The position numbers and the translations under genes are program-made. This document shows positions 6,901 to 15,519 of a stretch of DNA of 33,592 nt, piece by piece (the first letter of the stretch is position 1; each line of letters begins with the position of its first letter). Origin of the DNA: a virus (taxonomy: Duplodnaviria > Caudoviricetes); IMG/VR virus record IMGVR_UViG_3300043414_000779, positions 1 to 33,592 of that record; one strand, written 5' to 3'. Below the pieces are notes generated by a model. That model saw nothing but the letters and a program-made list of their open reading frames with translations, made no database searches and had not been told where the DNA came from.

Positions 6901-8357
6901 ACTCTAAATACGATGAAGATCGCGGTACGTTTTTGCCACGTCGAGTAAAAAAATCCGCTTTTGACCAGCCAGAGTGGGTTGCTCCAAGCATTGTGACGGG
7001 GGCCATGTTGCCGTATAACATGGTTAATCGGGCGTTGACGGGTGAACTTGATGAGGAGAAGGTGCCCGAAACGGCGTTAAATATGATGGGCGGTAACCTT
7101 CTTTTGGGTAAAACGGCTAAGACATCTGCTGCAAAGGCCTTAAAAACCCTTGAGAAAGATATTGACCGAGACAGAACTTGGATTCGGGCAAAGAAAGAGC
7201 ATGATGAGGGGGCGCCTCCTGCGGGCACGACGTTGTCGCGCCAGCCTGGGGATCGAAAGATCACCAAGAGAAATACCAGGGGTGGGGTTTGGTTAACGGA
7301 AAGCCCAGAGGTTGCTGATTCGTACATGGGAAAAACGGGATACGCCATTCCTGTTCATTCGCAAAAGCCGGATTTGGTCTTGGACGCCAAGGGAATGCTT
7401 TGGTCAGATTTCTTTGATGACGTTGGTCCTAAAGCTAAGTTTAGTAATGCTGAGTGGGAAGCGGCAAAAGCCAATCCCAAGATCAAAGCAATTGAAATTC
7501 GCAATGTCTATGACCCTGGTGGCAAGCACGGCGGGTTCCCTGCCGACATGTCAGAAGAGGAAATGCGTAAAGCGTTGACGTCGAACAACTTGTTCTTGAA
7601 AAAACCGTTTGAAGGAAGCGTGGTCGGAAAATACACGGATGAGCCGTTTGAATATAAGAGCGGAGGCGCCGTAAAACGTGCCGACGGCAGCCCTAAGAAG
7701 GGTGAGACTGCTCCTGCACCACGGCGCACGGACCTTGAGAAATTAACGGATGAGGCAAAGCAGTATTCGCAATACAATGATTTGATGGATTTCTTGGCTT
7801 CGCGGTTAGCGGTTCCTGAAATATCCCAGAAGTATTTAGGTCCTTCTACTGGCGGTCAGTTTGTTACTGGTTGGAGTGAGCCAAAGAACGGAAGGATTGA
7901 GTTAAATTGGGAATCAACCCCAAGTACGTTAGTGCATGAACTAACGCATGCGGCCGATAGGCAAATAAGCCATCAAGTTTCGGACTTAGAAGAGCGCCAT
8001 CGTAAAGAAACGCCACTCCTTGATTATCTTAGGAATAAAACGGTTCTTTCGCCAGACGAGGTACGTTTGGTGTTAGGGCATAGAAAATTAGGTTATGGCA
8101 GCGGCACAGATTTTAAAGATCCAGCTAAATATCCAAGACGACAGTTGGTAGATAAGTTGGCTCCTGAATGGTCTAAAGAAAACTCTGGTTATCGGTCCGC
8201 AAGCAACGAGCTGGCGGCCTATGGCATGGGGAGTACGGTGCCAAGACGGAACAGCCGTGCGCCGTTGCACGTGGACCCTACGATGGCTACCGAGTTTTCT
8301 ATTTTGTTAGACTTGGCGCAGCGAGCTCAGAAAGCCAAACCTCCTACTAAAGAATAG
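3918..8357 (+). CDS. Large modular (polyvalent-type) protein with ParB/Srx-like, ADP-ribosyltransferase-like and HExxH metallopeptidase modules
   Basis: Uninterrupted ORF of about 1480 aa between terL and portal (ATG 3918 preferred to TTG 3903). KIKGHEGRHR at about 6450-6479; GGVWLTESPEVADSY...AIPV...LDAKG..W...IEIRNVYD at about 7281-7515; TLVHELTHAAD at about 7926-7958 with downstream NELAAY. Confidence 0.8.
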   Translation: MELDINALSRPYDPSVDDEMPEMPVQSFVSGGDVGGIGYEKVDPPVKPSPFQFTYPSGGSSNLVGGSSVRIDSEKYFDPAEAVRRQEESDKYFQNSSNNRLSNSAYINNTQSSYNPYVATMPIDPATGLPKSPQSYTVYEAQDPKAEGPPVINQKATSEKMLADYTKAMNAVPVSFAFDPNAPRSYNAPQMPTTADFIARRDKAGAGVPIMGQYKDPNMYSREANPNYMQFKSNPYAPITTMPIENPNNGGGTVDIQVVVYGPDGKMYSSPAAARAAGVTNYTSIPPGSTVKGSGAGSKVGGYVNGGMVQHFAEGGSAWAVDSQGRLVSPDWQKYGDANLTYSFDPSLFKDRYGEVRSADDFAEQLREYGDLPPNQRLAAANTYMYHLTGNEGYLNKKNAGYEHGPTAFGTNPWTEATYNPGISTADISNPTTNPTPTGGAKGGGATGGGATGGGAAPIVGSKDIDDVIGNKPPGTTGKGVSVAPGTNIPFQPLPGSGQTTTAKADLTSFNPSYEINKNLNPSIGQLPPGFSFDPNKYFTPSQAQTKIAANPNLTPTAVGLYTQDTDRLGNVIAIPTIDPLKFQSFYTTPVTRAAGGLVEDDEDTEASGAKQMLKGYEQLTGPRETRVTKSPNAQSVRSRQVSQVVDKQGRPAGMGMTYESMTTAQGPSQASPEQLATAKAMLADLMRQNLTKRRFAEGGEASNFTSGASDKKGAPVHMQAGGFLSALAKEVLASKGRFGLKRLERAADEIPNLDKLYTEKALERAFLGDNAKALMTINPKDFEKYASPLWWLDKSPEELASYHLNKIGSKANIRDLQKIKTGFNDVPFLEIDKAVEGSTKVLPKIKGHEGRHRNRAMAANNEQSGLVILSPRSGLRESFPRKYPDEYLDALKKELGLTGNKVSPEGYYTGEGDYEMNFIKRPPVDLPDLYADGGYVEPTNPFGGKAATQAKRRAEAEERARIAAAREKVARAPVLDKVAAETTDEFIKRTSGIDSKYDEDRGTFLPRRVKKSAFDQPEWVAPSIVTGAMLPYNMVNRALTGELDEEKVPETALNMMGGNLLLGKTAKTSAAKALKTLEKDIDRDRTWIRAKKEHDEGAPPAGTTLSRQPGDRKITKRNTRGGVWLTESPEVADSYMGKTGYAIPVHSQKPDLVLDAKGMLWSDFFDDVGPKAKFSNAEWEAAKANPKIKAIEIRNVYDPGGKHGGFPADMSEEEMRKALTSNNLFLKKPFEGSVVGKYTDEPFEYKSGGAVKRADGSPKKGETAPAPRRTDLEKLTDEAKQYSQYNDLMDFLASRLAVPEISQKYLGPSTGGQFVTGWSEPKNGRIELNWESTPSTLVHELTHAADRQISHQVSDLEERHRKETPLLDYLRNKTVLSPDEVRLVLGHRKLGYGSGTDFKDPAKYPRRQLVDKLAPEWSKENSGYRSASNELAAYGMGSTVPRRNSRAPLHVDPTMATEFSILLDLAQRAQKAKPPTKE
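5232..5285 (+). repeat. 15-bp in-frame tandem repeat encoding a GGGA(T/K) linker
   Basis: A(A/C)GGGAGGTGGTGCG x3 at 5241-5285 plus a partial copy at 5232-5240. Confidence 0.85.
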
Positions 8358-8358
8358 T

Positions 8359-10722
8359 ATGCCAATCGAAAAATCCTTTTCAGAAGCGCCGAGTACGGGC
8401 ATCGCGGTCCTTGGTGAGCAGGCCCCGGACATTGAAATCATCCTGGAGGATGATGGTGGGGCGACTGTGGAGATGGGGGAAGAGGACGAAGTTGACTTTT
8501 ACGCCAACCTGGCGGAGGTCATTGACGAGCAGGACCTTGGGAAGGTTGCGATTGAGCTGATGCAGATGTATGAGGCGGACAAGGCGTCGCGCTCGGACTG
8601 GGAGCAGATGTACGCCAAGGGCCTTGATCTGTTGGGCTTGAAGCTTGAAGAGAAGACCAAGCCATTCCGGGGTGCGTCAAATGCAGCGCATCCGTTGCTG
8701 ACCGAGGCGATTGTTCAGTTCCAGGCGCAGGCGTTCAAGGAATTGATGCCCGCGGGCGGGCCTGTTCGAACGGAGATCATGGGCAAGGAGACTGCGGACA
8801 AGATCCAGCAGGCTTCGCGTGTCCAGGACTTCATGAACTACCAGATTACTCACGTGATGCGTGAGTACACGCCTGAGTTTGACCAGCTGTTGTTTTACAC
8901 CGGCTACGGTGGTTCGACGTTCAAAAAGGTCTATTACGATGCCCAGTTAGGGCGGATGGTGAGCAAGCTGGTCCTGGCCAATGACCTGTACATCCCCTAC
9001 AACGGATCAAGTGTAATTGCCAATTGCCCACGCATTACCCATCGGATTGCGATGGATGCGAACGAGTTTCGCAAGCGCGTAGTGGCGGGTGAGTACCTGG
9101 ATGTTGACTTGCAGGCGCAGCAACAGCCAACGGATTCGACGCAGATTGACAAATCGGTGAACAAAATCGTTGGAATTCGGCCAACGGATGAGGCCGAAGA
9201 GATCTTTTTGCTTGAGATGCAGGTGGATCTGGACATTCCTGGGTTTGAGGACAAGGACGAGGACGGGGAGCCGACAAAAATCAAGCTTCCGTATGTTGTT
9301 ACGTTTTCGGAAGACTCGTTGCAAGTGGTTGGCGTGCGCCGAAACTGGAAAGAAGGCGACGATCTGAATCGTCGGCGCAATTATTTTGTCCATTACGTGC
9401 TTGTCGAGGGCCTTGGTGCGTATGGCTTGGGCTTTGTTCACCTGATTGGAAGTCTTTCGAAGGGTGCGACGTCGGCTTTGCGTCAGTTATTGGATGCGGG
9501 GACGTTGGCGAACTTGCCTGCTGGGTTCAAGGCTAAGGGGGCACGGATCGCGGATAGCGATAATCCGATTCAGCCGGGTGAATGGCGGGATATGGACGCT
9601 GGTGGTGCGGAGTTGCAGGCGTCTTTGCTGCCTTTGCCGTACAAAGAGCCGAGTCAGACGCTGTTTCAGCTGCTTGGGTTCCTGGTTGATGCTGGAAAGC
9701 GGTTGGCCAGTACTGCGGACATGATGGTTGGGGATGGAAACCAGAATGCGCAGGTAGGAACAACGATGGCGCTGTTGGAACGAGGTTCCATGGTGATGAG
9801 TGCGATCCATAAGCGGTTGCACTATGCGCAGGCGATGGAGTTTGAGCTTCTGGCGGAGGGGTTTGCTGACTATTTACCGGATGATTACCCGTATGACGTT
9901 CCTGGAGCCAGTCGGTCGATCAAGCGAAAGGACTTTAATAGCCTGGTTGCGGTCCTTCCGGTATCTGACCCCAACATTTTTTCGACCACGCAGAGAATCA
10001 CTCTGGCGCAAACGCAATTGCAGTTAGCGCAGAGTGCTCCGCAGATGCACGACATGTACGAAGCGTACTATCGGGTGTATGCGGCGTTGAATGTCAGGGA
10101 CATTTCTGGGTTGTTGAAGCCCCAAAGTGCGCAGTTCCCGAAAGATCCGGCCACAGAGAACGCAAATGTCATGGATACCATGAAGGTGAAAGCGTTTGCG
10201 GGGCAGCAGCATGATGCGCATATTGCTGCGCATCTGTTATTTGCCATGTCTCAGCTTGTTCAGGCCAATGTTCCTGCTTCAACAATGCTGCAACAGCACA
10301 TTTTGGAGCATGTTCGGTTGAAAGCTGAAGAGATGGTGGAGGCGGAGCTGTTCAAATCGTATGGAAATGACCCGGATCGGATGGTTTCGGCCATTCAGAA
10401 GGAGGGCATGATTGCTTTGAAGATTGCTGAAGGCATGAAAGGGCTCAAGGATCTGGAAGAGCAGCTTAGTGGTTCGGGGGAACCACCCCCACCTGACCCG
10501 TTGATTGACCTGAAAAAGCAAGAATTGGCGCAGCGTGCAGAGAATGACAAGCAGAAGATTGCGTTGGAGAACCAGTCTTTGCAGTTGGACCAGCAAAAAG
10601 TCCAGCAAAATGCGCAAATTGCTCAAGAGCGGCTACGTTCTCAAGAGAATATTGCTCAATTCCGTGGTCAAATTGCTCGGGAAAGGACTCAAGTGACCCT
10701 AAACCAGCCTCCAGGAACCTAA
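8359..10722 (+). CDS. Portal protein (P22-like podoviral type, long C-terminal coiled coil)
   Basis: 787 aa after terL. SRSDWE, HPLLTEAIVQFQAQA, RVQDFMNYQ, GSTFKKVYYD and VGTTMALLERG motifs, with a Q/E-rich helical C-terminus. Confidence 0.88.
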   Translation: MPIEKSFSEAPSTGIAVLGEQAPDIEIILEDDGGATVEMGEEDEVDFYANLAEVIDEQDLGKVAIELMQMYEADKASRSDWEQMYAKGLDLLGLKLEEKTKPFRGASNAAHPLLTEAIVQFQAQAFKELMPAGGPVRTEIMGKETADKIQQASRVQDFMNYQITHVMREYTPEFDQLLFYTGYGGSTFKKVYYDAQLGRMVSKLVLANDLYIPYNGSSVIANCPRITHRIAMDANEFRKRVVAGEYLDVDLQAQQQPTDSTQIDKSVNKIVGIRPTDEAEEIFLLEMQVDLDIPGFEDKDEDGEPTKIKLPYVVTFSEDSLQVVGVRRNWKEGDDLNRRRNYFVHYVLVEGLGAYGLGFVHLIGSLSKGATSALRQLLDAGTLANLPAGFKAKGARIADSDNPIQPGEWRDMDAGGAELQASLLPLPYKEPSQTLFQLLGFLVDAGKRLASTADMMVGDGNQNAQVGTTMALLERGSMVMSAIHKRLHYAQAMEFELLAEGFADYLPDDYPYDVPGASRSIKRKDFNSLVAVLPVSDPNIFSTTQRITLAQTQLQLAQSAPQMHDMYEAYYRVYAALNVRDISGLLKPQSAQFPKDPATENANVMDTMKVKAFAGQQHDAHIAAHLLFAMSQLVQANVPASTMLQQHILEHVRLKAEEMVEAELFKSYGNDPDRMVSAIQKEGMIALKIAEGMKGLKDLEEQLSGSGEPPPPDPLIDLKKQELAQRAENDKQKIALENQSLQLDQQKVQQNAQIAQERLRSQENIAQFRGQIARERTQVTLNQPPGT

Positions 10723-10723
10723 A

Positions 10724-10990
10724 ATGCCGCTTAAATCGGGTAAAAGTCAGAAAACCATTAGTGCAAACATTGGTGAACTGGTAAGTTCCTTCAAAGAGAA
10801 GGGAAAAATAGGTACAAGTAAGCCAAAAAGCACTGCGGCGGCTGTAAAACAGGCTGCTGCCATTGCTTATAGCAAAGCGGGGGCCAATAACCCCAGTAAT
10901 GCGCCTAAAAAAGTGCTTAAAAAGGGCAAAAATGGGCCTTCTCAGGTGATCCGTAAACGTGACGGAAACGATCCTGTTGGTATATACTGA
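10724..10990 (+). CDS. Small basic phage protein
   Basis: MPLKSGKSQKTISANIGEL...KQAAAIAYSKAG is a recurring small Lys-rich phage protein type. Tightly coupled to the portal stop. Confidence 0.8.
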   Translation: MPLKSGKSQKTISANIGELVSSFKEKGKIGTSKPKSTAAAVKQAAAIAYSKAGANNPSNAPKKVLKKGKNGPSQVIRKRDGNDPVGIY

Positions 10991-11004
10991 TTGATGCAAG
11001 CCTA

Positions 11005-11031
11005 CAGACGGGGCTAATTCCGTCTGCTTTT
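11005..11031 (+). terminator. Intergenic hairpin, weak terminator or RNA element
   Basis: CAGACGG(GG)-CTAA-(TT)CCGTCTG followed by CTTTT, just upstream of ATG 11044. Confidence 0.45.
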
Positions 11032-11043
11032 CATGGGGTTTCC

Positions 11044-11232
11044 ATGCTTGAATTTACAGAAGCTGTGCTGAAAGAAATCAGAAAGCTTAAAGCGGACTCT
11101 GAAGCGATCATTTTGAGTGGTGGCATTTCCGACATGGAACGCTATCGCTTTATGATGGGCCGTCTGGAAGGTTTGAATCTTGTCGAAGATGTGGTTAAGG
11201 GACTTCTTAACCGCAAAGACCGTGATTTTTAA
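11044..11232 (+). CDS. Hypothetical head-module protein (62 aa)
   Basis: Helical ORF with a Y-x-x-x-x-G-x-x-x-GL pattern, in the position just upstream of the phage groES. Confidence 0.8.
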   Translation: MLEFTEAVLKEIRKLKADSEAIILSGGISDMERYRFMMGRLEGLNLVEDVVKGLLNRKDRDF

Positions 11233-11247
11233 CCTGAAGGAGAGTGC

Positions 11248-11697
11248 ATGAGTCAGGAATTGACCGCGTTAGAGCGCAAATGGCAAGAGGAAGTGGTTGT
11301 ACCTACTCTTGATGATGCTTATGTCGACGGGGTGTTTGATCCCGTTTTGATTCCGGAGCCGGTGCTCAATCGTATCCCTTCCCCAACGGGGTGGCGGATT
11401 GCGATTCTCCCCTATCGAGGGGCGGAGAAGACCAAGGGCGGAATCGTTTTGGCGGAAGAGACGCAAAAACGCACGGTCTTAAATACCGTGTGCGGGTATG
11501 TCCTGAAAATGGGCAGCCTGGCTTACTCAGACGAATCCAAGTTCCCTACCGGACCGTGGTGCCAGGAAGGTGAGTGGATTATTTTTGGCCGTTATGCCGG
11601 AGCACGTATTCCGATTGACGGAGGCGAGATCCGGTTCATCAACGACGATGAAGTTCTGGGTGTGGTTGCGAATCCCGATGACATTTTGCACATGTAA
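11248..11697 (+). CDS. groES: Phage-encoded GroES/Cpn10-like co-chaperonin
   Basis: PTGWRIAILP, mobile loop EKTKGGIVL, G-x-V-x-x-x-G, FGRYAG and INDDEVLGVV. AAGGAG RBS. Confidence 0.9.
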   Translation: MSQELTALERKWQEEVVVPTLDDAYVDGVFDPVLIPEPVLNRIPSPTGWRIAILPYRGAEKTKGGIVLAEETQKRTVLNTVCGYVLKMGSLAYSDESKFPTGPWCQEGEWIIFGRYAGARIPIDGGEIRFINDDEVLGVVANPDDILHM

Positions 11698-11707
11698 GGA
11701 GTAGACA

Positions 11708-12580
11708 ATGTCAGATCAAGAGTTAGATTACAACGTCGGAGAGAACGAGCAGCCTATGTCGGTTGCCGTGACTGAAACTGACGGTCAAAGCACTTCTGCG
11801 TCGGTTGTTTCCGACGGCAATTCAAGCGAGCTTGACGATTACAGCAGTGGCGTCAAGAAACGAATTGACAAGATGACTGCTCGTTTGCGCGAGACGGAGC
11901 GTCGCGAACAAGCGGCTATTCAGTACGCGCAAGGCATGCAGGCAAGGATGCAGCAGCTTGAGCATCGTGTGGTTCGCACCGATGAGGAGCGGTTGTATGA
12001 GGCCAGTGGCCGGGTAGAAACCCAGGTTGTTGCGCTTAAGCAGATTATTGGCAAAGCCCGTGAAGAAGGTGACATTCAAACGGAGATTGAAGCTAATACC
12101 CGTTTGACAACCTTGATCCATGAGCAGCGGCAAATTGCTGAAGCGAATGCGCAGCGCCAGGTTTATCAAGAGCAATTGGCGTATCAGCAACATCAAGCTG
12201 CACAACAGCCTATTCAACAAGCTCGCCCTGTTGTGGATGAAAAAGCCGCTAATTGGGTGGATAAAAATTCGTGGTATGGGCGAGATACCGTGCTTACATC
12301 TGCCGCTTGGGGCATTCACCGTCAACTAATTGAGGTTGAGGGGTTTGACGGCAGATCGGATGAGTATTATGATGAGCTGGATCGTAGGCTTAGATCTTCC
12401 TTCCCAGGTCGATTTAATAGAGACAGGACCACTAGAACCGTGCAAACGGTGGCCCCTGCAACCCGGTCATCCGGGGTAAATAATGCACGCCGCATTGTGA
12501 GACTGACTGCAAGTCAGGTCGCAATTGCTAAAAAACTCGGCGTTCCGATTGAGGAATATGCCAAATACGTCAAGGATTGA
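11708..12580 (+). CDS. Putative capsid scaffolding protein
   Basis: Acidic N-terminus, long coiled coil and C-terminal LTASQVAIAKKLGVPIEEYAKY, upstream of the capsid genes. AAGGAG RBS. Confidence 0.75.
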   Translation: MSDQELDYNVGENEQPMSVAVTETDGQSTSASVVSDGNSSELDDYSSGVKKRIDKMTARLRETERREQAAIQYAQGMQARMQQLEHRVVRTDEERLYEASGRVETQVVALKQIIGKAREEGDIQTEIEANTRLTTLIHEQRQIAEANAQRQVYQEQLAYQQHQAAQQPIQQARPVVDEKAANWVDKNSWYGRDTVLTSAAWGIHRQLIEVEGFDGRSDEYYDELDRRLRSSFPGRFNRDRTTRTVQTVAPATRSSGVNNARRIVRLTASQVAIAKKLGVPIEEYAKYVKD

Positions 12581-12582
12581 TC

Positions 12583-13065
12583 ATGGACAAGGTAACTACA
12601 CCCGTTAATCGTGAAGCGCGTTCGGCGGATACCCGCGAGAAGGCCGCACGCCGGAAACCTTGGGCACCACCATCACGACTTGATGCGCCTCCTGCTCCTC
12701 CGGGATACAAACACAGATGGATTCGGGCATATACGGGGAATCAAGAAGACCGTATGAATGTTGCCTCGAAAGTCCGTGAAGGTTATGAGCTCGTCCGTTC
12801 GGAAGAGTACCCAGACTTTCCTGTTCCCACCGTGGAAGATGGCCGACACGCTGGCGTGATCAGTGTGGGAGGTCTTCTGTTAGCCCGTATTCCTTTGGAA
12901 ACAGTCGAAGAGCGACAGGCACATTACCACACTCGCGCTCAAGATCAGGTTCGAGCGATTGACAACGAGCTTATGAAAAGCAATGCTCATAACAGCATGC
13001 GCATTCAAAGCCCTGATCGTCAGTCGCGGGTCACTTTTGGTAGCCCCGGTCCATCCGGGGAATAA
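12583..13065 (+). CDS. Conserved head-module hypothetical protein
   Basis: WAPPSRLDAPPAPPGYKHRWIR...GYELVR...GGLLLARIP. ATG at 12583. Confidence 0.8.
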   Translation: MDKVTTPVNREARSADTREKAARRKPWAPPSRLDAPPAPPGYKHRWIRAYTGNQEDRMNVASKVREGYELVRSEEYPDFPVPTVEDGRHAGVISVGGLLLARIPLETVEERQAHYHTRAQDQVRAIDNELMKSNAHNSMRIQSPDRQSRVTFGSPGPSGE

Positions 13066-13085
13066 TCTTTTTAAGGAATTGACAA

Positions 13086-13673
13086 ATGGCTAACGTAAAT
13101 AAGCCCTTTGGTCTGCGTCCTATGGGCAACCTGTCCGCTACTGGAGCACAGAAACAGTACGGGTATCAGATTGCCGATAACCAGTCCGGGGCAATTTTCT
13201 TGGGCGACCTCGTTGCCCTATATGATGGCTACATCGTGAAGTTCACTTCGTCCATGACGGCTGCTGTTGGCGTGTTCAACGGTTGTTCGTACATTGACCC
13301 AACGTCTGGCAAGCCCGTGTGGCGCAACTACTACCCCGGTAGTATTGACATCACTGTTGGTATTATCCAGGCCGACGTGATTGACGACCCAAGTCAGTTG
13401 TTCACTATCCAGTCGACTAGCAGCACGGCAATTACCCAGGCCAAAATGGGCTGGAATGCTCCGATCACTGCCAGCACGACGGGTAGCACGACGACGGGTC
13501 TGTCGAACATGACCATCGACTCGGCTAACGTGGCTAAAACCGCTGCATTGCCTTTGAAAGTTATTAGCCTGTACAACCAGACGGATAACGAGCTTGGCGC
13601 GTATGAGGTGCTAGTCGTAAAAATCAATCAACACCTGTACGGAAGTGCTGGCGTTGCTGGACAAGGAGCCTAA
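13086..13673 (+). CDS. Putative capsid decoration/cement protein
   Basis: MANVNKPFGLRP start, beta-rich, immediately upstream of the major capsid gene. AAGGA RBS. Confidence 0.65.
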   Translation: MANVNKPFGLRPMGNLSATGAQKQYGYQIADNQSGAIFLGDLVALYDGYIVKFTSSMTAAVGVFNGCSYIDPTSGKPVWRNYYPGSIDITVGIIQADVIDDPSQLFTIQSTSSTAITQAKMGWNAPITASTTGSTTTGLSNMTIDSANVAKTAALPLKVISLYNQTDNELGAYEVLVVKINQHLYGSAGVAGQGA

Positions 13674-13675
13674 TA

Positions 13676-14581
13676 ATGGCAATCTCACGTGCCCAACTTA
13701 CGAAAGAGCTTGAGCCAGGCCTAAATGCCTTGTTTGGTCTTGAGTACAAGAACTACGAGAACGAGCATCTCGAAATCTATGACGTCGAATCTTCGGATCG
13801 TGCGTTTGAAGAAGAGGTGATGTTGTCCGGTTTTGCAACCGCTCCGGTTAAAACGGAAGGCTCTGGCGTGTTCTACGACCAGGCGCAGGAAGTTTTCACC
13901 GCTCGTTACACCCACGAAACGATTGCGCTGGCGTTTTCGCTGACTGAAGAGGCAGTGGAAGACAACCTGTACGACCGTCTTTCGGCTCGTTACACCAAAG
14001 CCCTGGCCCGTTCCATGGCTCAGACCAAGCAGATTAAAGGTGCTGCTGTTCTGAACGGTGCATTTACGACCTCGACTGGTGGCGACGGCCAGCCTCTGTG
14101 TTCGACGGCTCACCCAACGCTGGGCGGTCCTAACGGTTCCAACCGTTTGGCCGTGGATGCCGACTTGAGCGAAACTTCGCTTGAGCAGGCTCTGATCGAC
14201 ATCGCTGCGTTCACCGACGAACGTGGTCTGAAGATCGCCATGCAGGGTGTGAAGCTGATCATCCCGAAAGAGCTGATGTTTACCGCTGACCGCATCATGA
14301 AGTCTACGCTTCGTGTTGGCACGGCGGACAACGACATCAACGCAATCAAGAACATGGGGATGATCCCCCAGGGTTACACTGTTAACCACTTCTTGACGGA
14401 CATTGATGCGTGGTTCATCAAGACCGATGCTCCTAACGGCATGAAGATGTTCGAGCGCGTTGCAATCCGCACCGGTTTCGAAGGCGACTTCGACACTGGT
14501 AACGTGCGCTACAAGGCTCGTGAGCGTTACAGCTTCGGCTTCAGCGACTGGCGCGGTATTTTTGGTTCCCCTGGGGCCTAA
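13676..14581 (+). CDS. Major capsid protein (HK97 fold, Mu gpT-like family)
   Basis: MAISRAQLTKELEPGLNALFG, EEAVEDNLY, GDGQPLCSTAHP and GDFDTGNVRYKARERYSFG. Strongly biased codon usage, strong terminator downstream. Confidence 0.92.
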   Translation: MAISRAQLTKELEPGLNALFGLEYKNYENEHLEIYDVESSDRAFEEEVMLSGFATAPVKTEGSGVFYDQAQEVFTARYTHETIALAFSLTEEAVEDNLYDRLSARYTKALARSMAQTKQIKGAAVLNGAFTTSTGGDGQPLCSTAHPTLGGPNGSNRLAVDADLSETSLEQALIDIAAFTDERGLKIAMQGVKLIIPKELMFTADRIMKSTLRVGTADNDINAIKNMGMIPQGYTVNHFLTDIDAWFIKTDAPNGMKMFERVAIRTGFEGDFDTGNVRYKARERYSFGFSDWRGIFGSPGA

Positions 14582-14594
14582 TTACCGGCAGCTT

Positions 14595-14625
14595 GAAAAG
14601 GCCCCGTTTGGGGCCTTTTCTTTTT
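14595..14625 (+). terminator. Rho-independent terminator after the major capsid gene
   Basis: GAAAAGGCCCC-GTTT-GGGGCCTTTTC followed by TTTTT. Confidence 0.9.
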
Positions 14626-14652
14626 GTAAATAGGGTGTATAGTTGTTCTATT

Positions 14653-14722
14653 CCGGGGTTTCCGGCATATCTGACAGTCCCGGCTGACGACATGCAGACA
14701 GATATGCTTACTCGCATGTGAG
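14653..14722 (+). ncRNA. Structured RNA candidate downstream of the capsid gene (possible Mu-gpT-DE motif)
   Basis: Perfect 9-bp stem GCATATCTG (14665-73)/CAGATATGC (14699-707), inner hairpin CAGT-CCCG-GCTG, and loop ACATGC (14690-95) complementary to GCATGT (14714-19). The location matches that described for Mu-gpT-DE RNAs. Confidence 0.55.
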
Positions 14723-14728
14723 AACGCA

Positions 14729-15193
14729 ATGGCGAATACTACGTTTTCCGGCCCAGTTAGGGCTGGCCCAATTTTCCAAACCACCGGCACGACTCTTGGT
14801 CAAAACGTCAAGAACGTGGGCCAGGTTGTTATGGTTCAAAGCGAAAAAATCACCCAGCTTGCTAACGGCGGCAACACGACTATCGTGATCCCCGCACATA
14901 GCCAGATCCTAAACATTTTTGTTTACGTCACCACCGTTTGGGGTGCAACGGCGACTGTTGGTGTTGGCAACACGGCACTGGCTACTGCTTACACCGCAGC
15001 GGGTGCTGTTTCTACTGCGGCGGTTGGGATTGTCCAAGTCACTCCAGGCACGGATGCTACCCGGACGGCAGCGTTTGTTGACGTTGGAGCTACGGACGTT
15101 CAGATCGTTGTGACTTCGACCACTCCTGGTGCTGGGGGTGGTGTGGGCTACATCTCGGTTGTTTACCAGCAAGCTGCAAACCTGATTCCTTAA
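14729..15193 (+). CDS. Putative virion structural protein (154 aa)
   Basis: MANTTFSGPVRAG start, T/G/V-rich beta composition, directly after the capsid gene. Confidence 0.8.
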   Translation: MANTTFSGPVRAGPIFQTTGTTLGQNVKNVGQVVMVQSEKITQLANGGNTTIVIPAHSQILNIFVYVTTVWGATATVGVGNTALATAYTAAGAVSTAAVGIVQVTPGTDATRTAAFVDVGATDVQIVVTSTTPGAGGGVGYISVVYQQAANLIP

Positions 15194-15219
15194 ACCATTT
15201 TTGATTAAGGGAAAGGGCC

Positions 15220-15519
15220 ATGAGTAATAGTAATATTTACTCGGCTTCGGCCACTACAACTGCACAGGTTGTAGATGGTCGGACCCGCTTGGTTGGTGTC
15301 TACTTTGTAGCTACAGCCACTGCTGCAACGCTGACTTTTAAGAGTGGGGGTGCCAGTGGTACTACGGGCTTGACCCTTACTTCCCCTGCAGCCGCAGGGT
15401 CTGAATACATTCCTATTAATGACATGGGGGTGCTATTTGAAGACGGGATTCATGTGACATTTAGTGGGGCCGGGGTAACTTCGGTTACGCTGTTCTTCTA
15501 CGGCGGGAAGCCGACATAA
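15220..15519 (+). CDS. Putative small virion structural protein (99 aa)
   Basis: Beta-rich, with a GVLFEDGIHV motif, in the structural operon. Confidence 0.75.
   Translation: MSNSNIYSASATTTAQVVDGRTRLVGVYFVATATAATLTFKSGGASGTTGLTLTSPAAAGSEYIPINDMGVLFEDGIHVTFSGAGVTSVTLFFYGGKPT

Noticed and set aside
14665-14725. Hammerhead ribozyme (CTGACGA matches the CUGANGA core)
   Set aside because: There is no correctly placed GAAA after a stem II (GACA or TGAGAA instead) and no credible stem I or NUH cleavage triplet.
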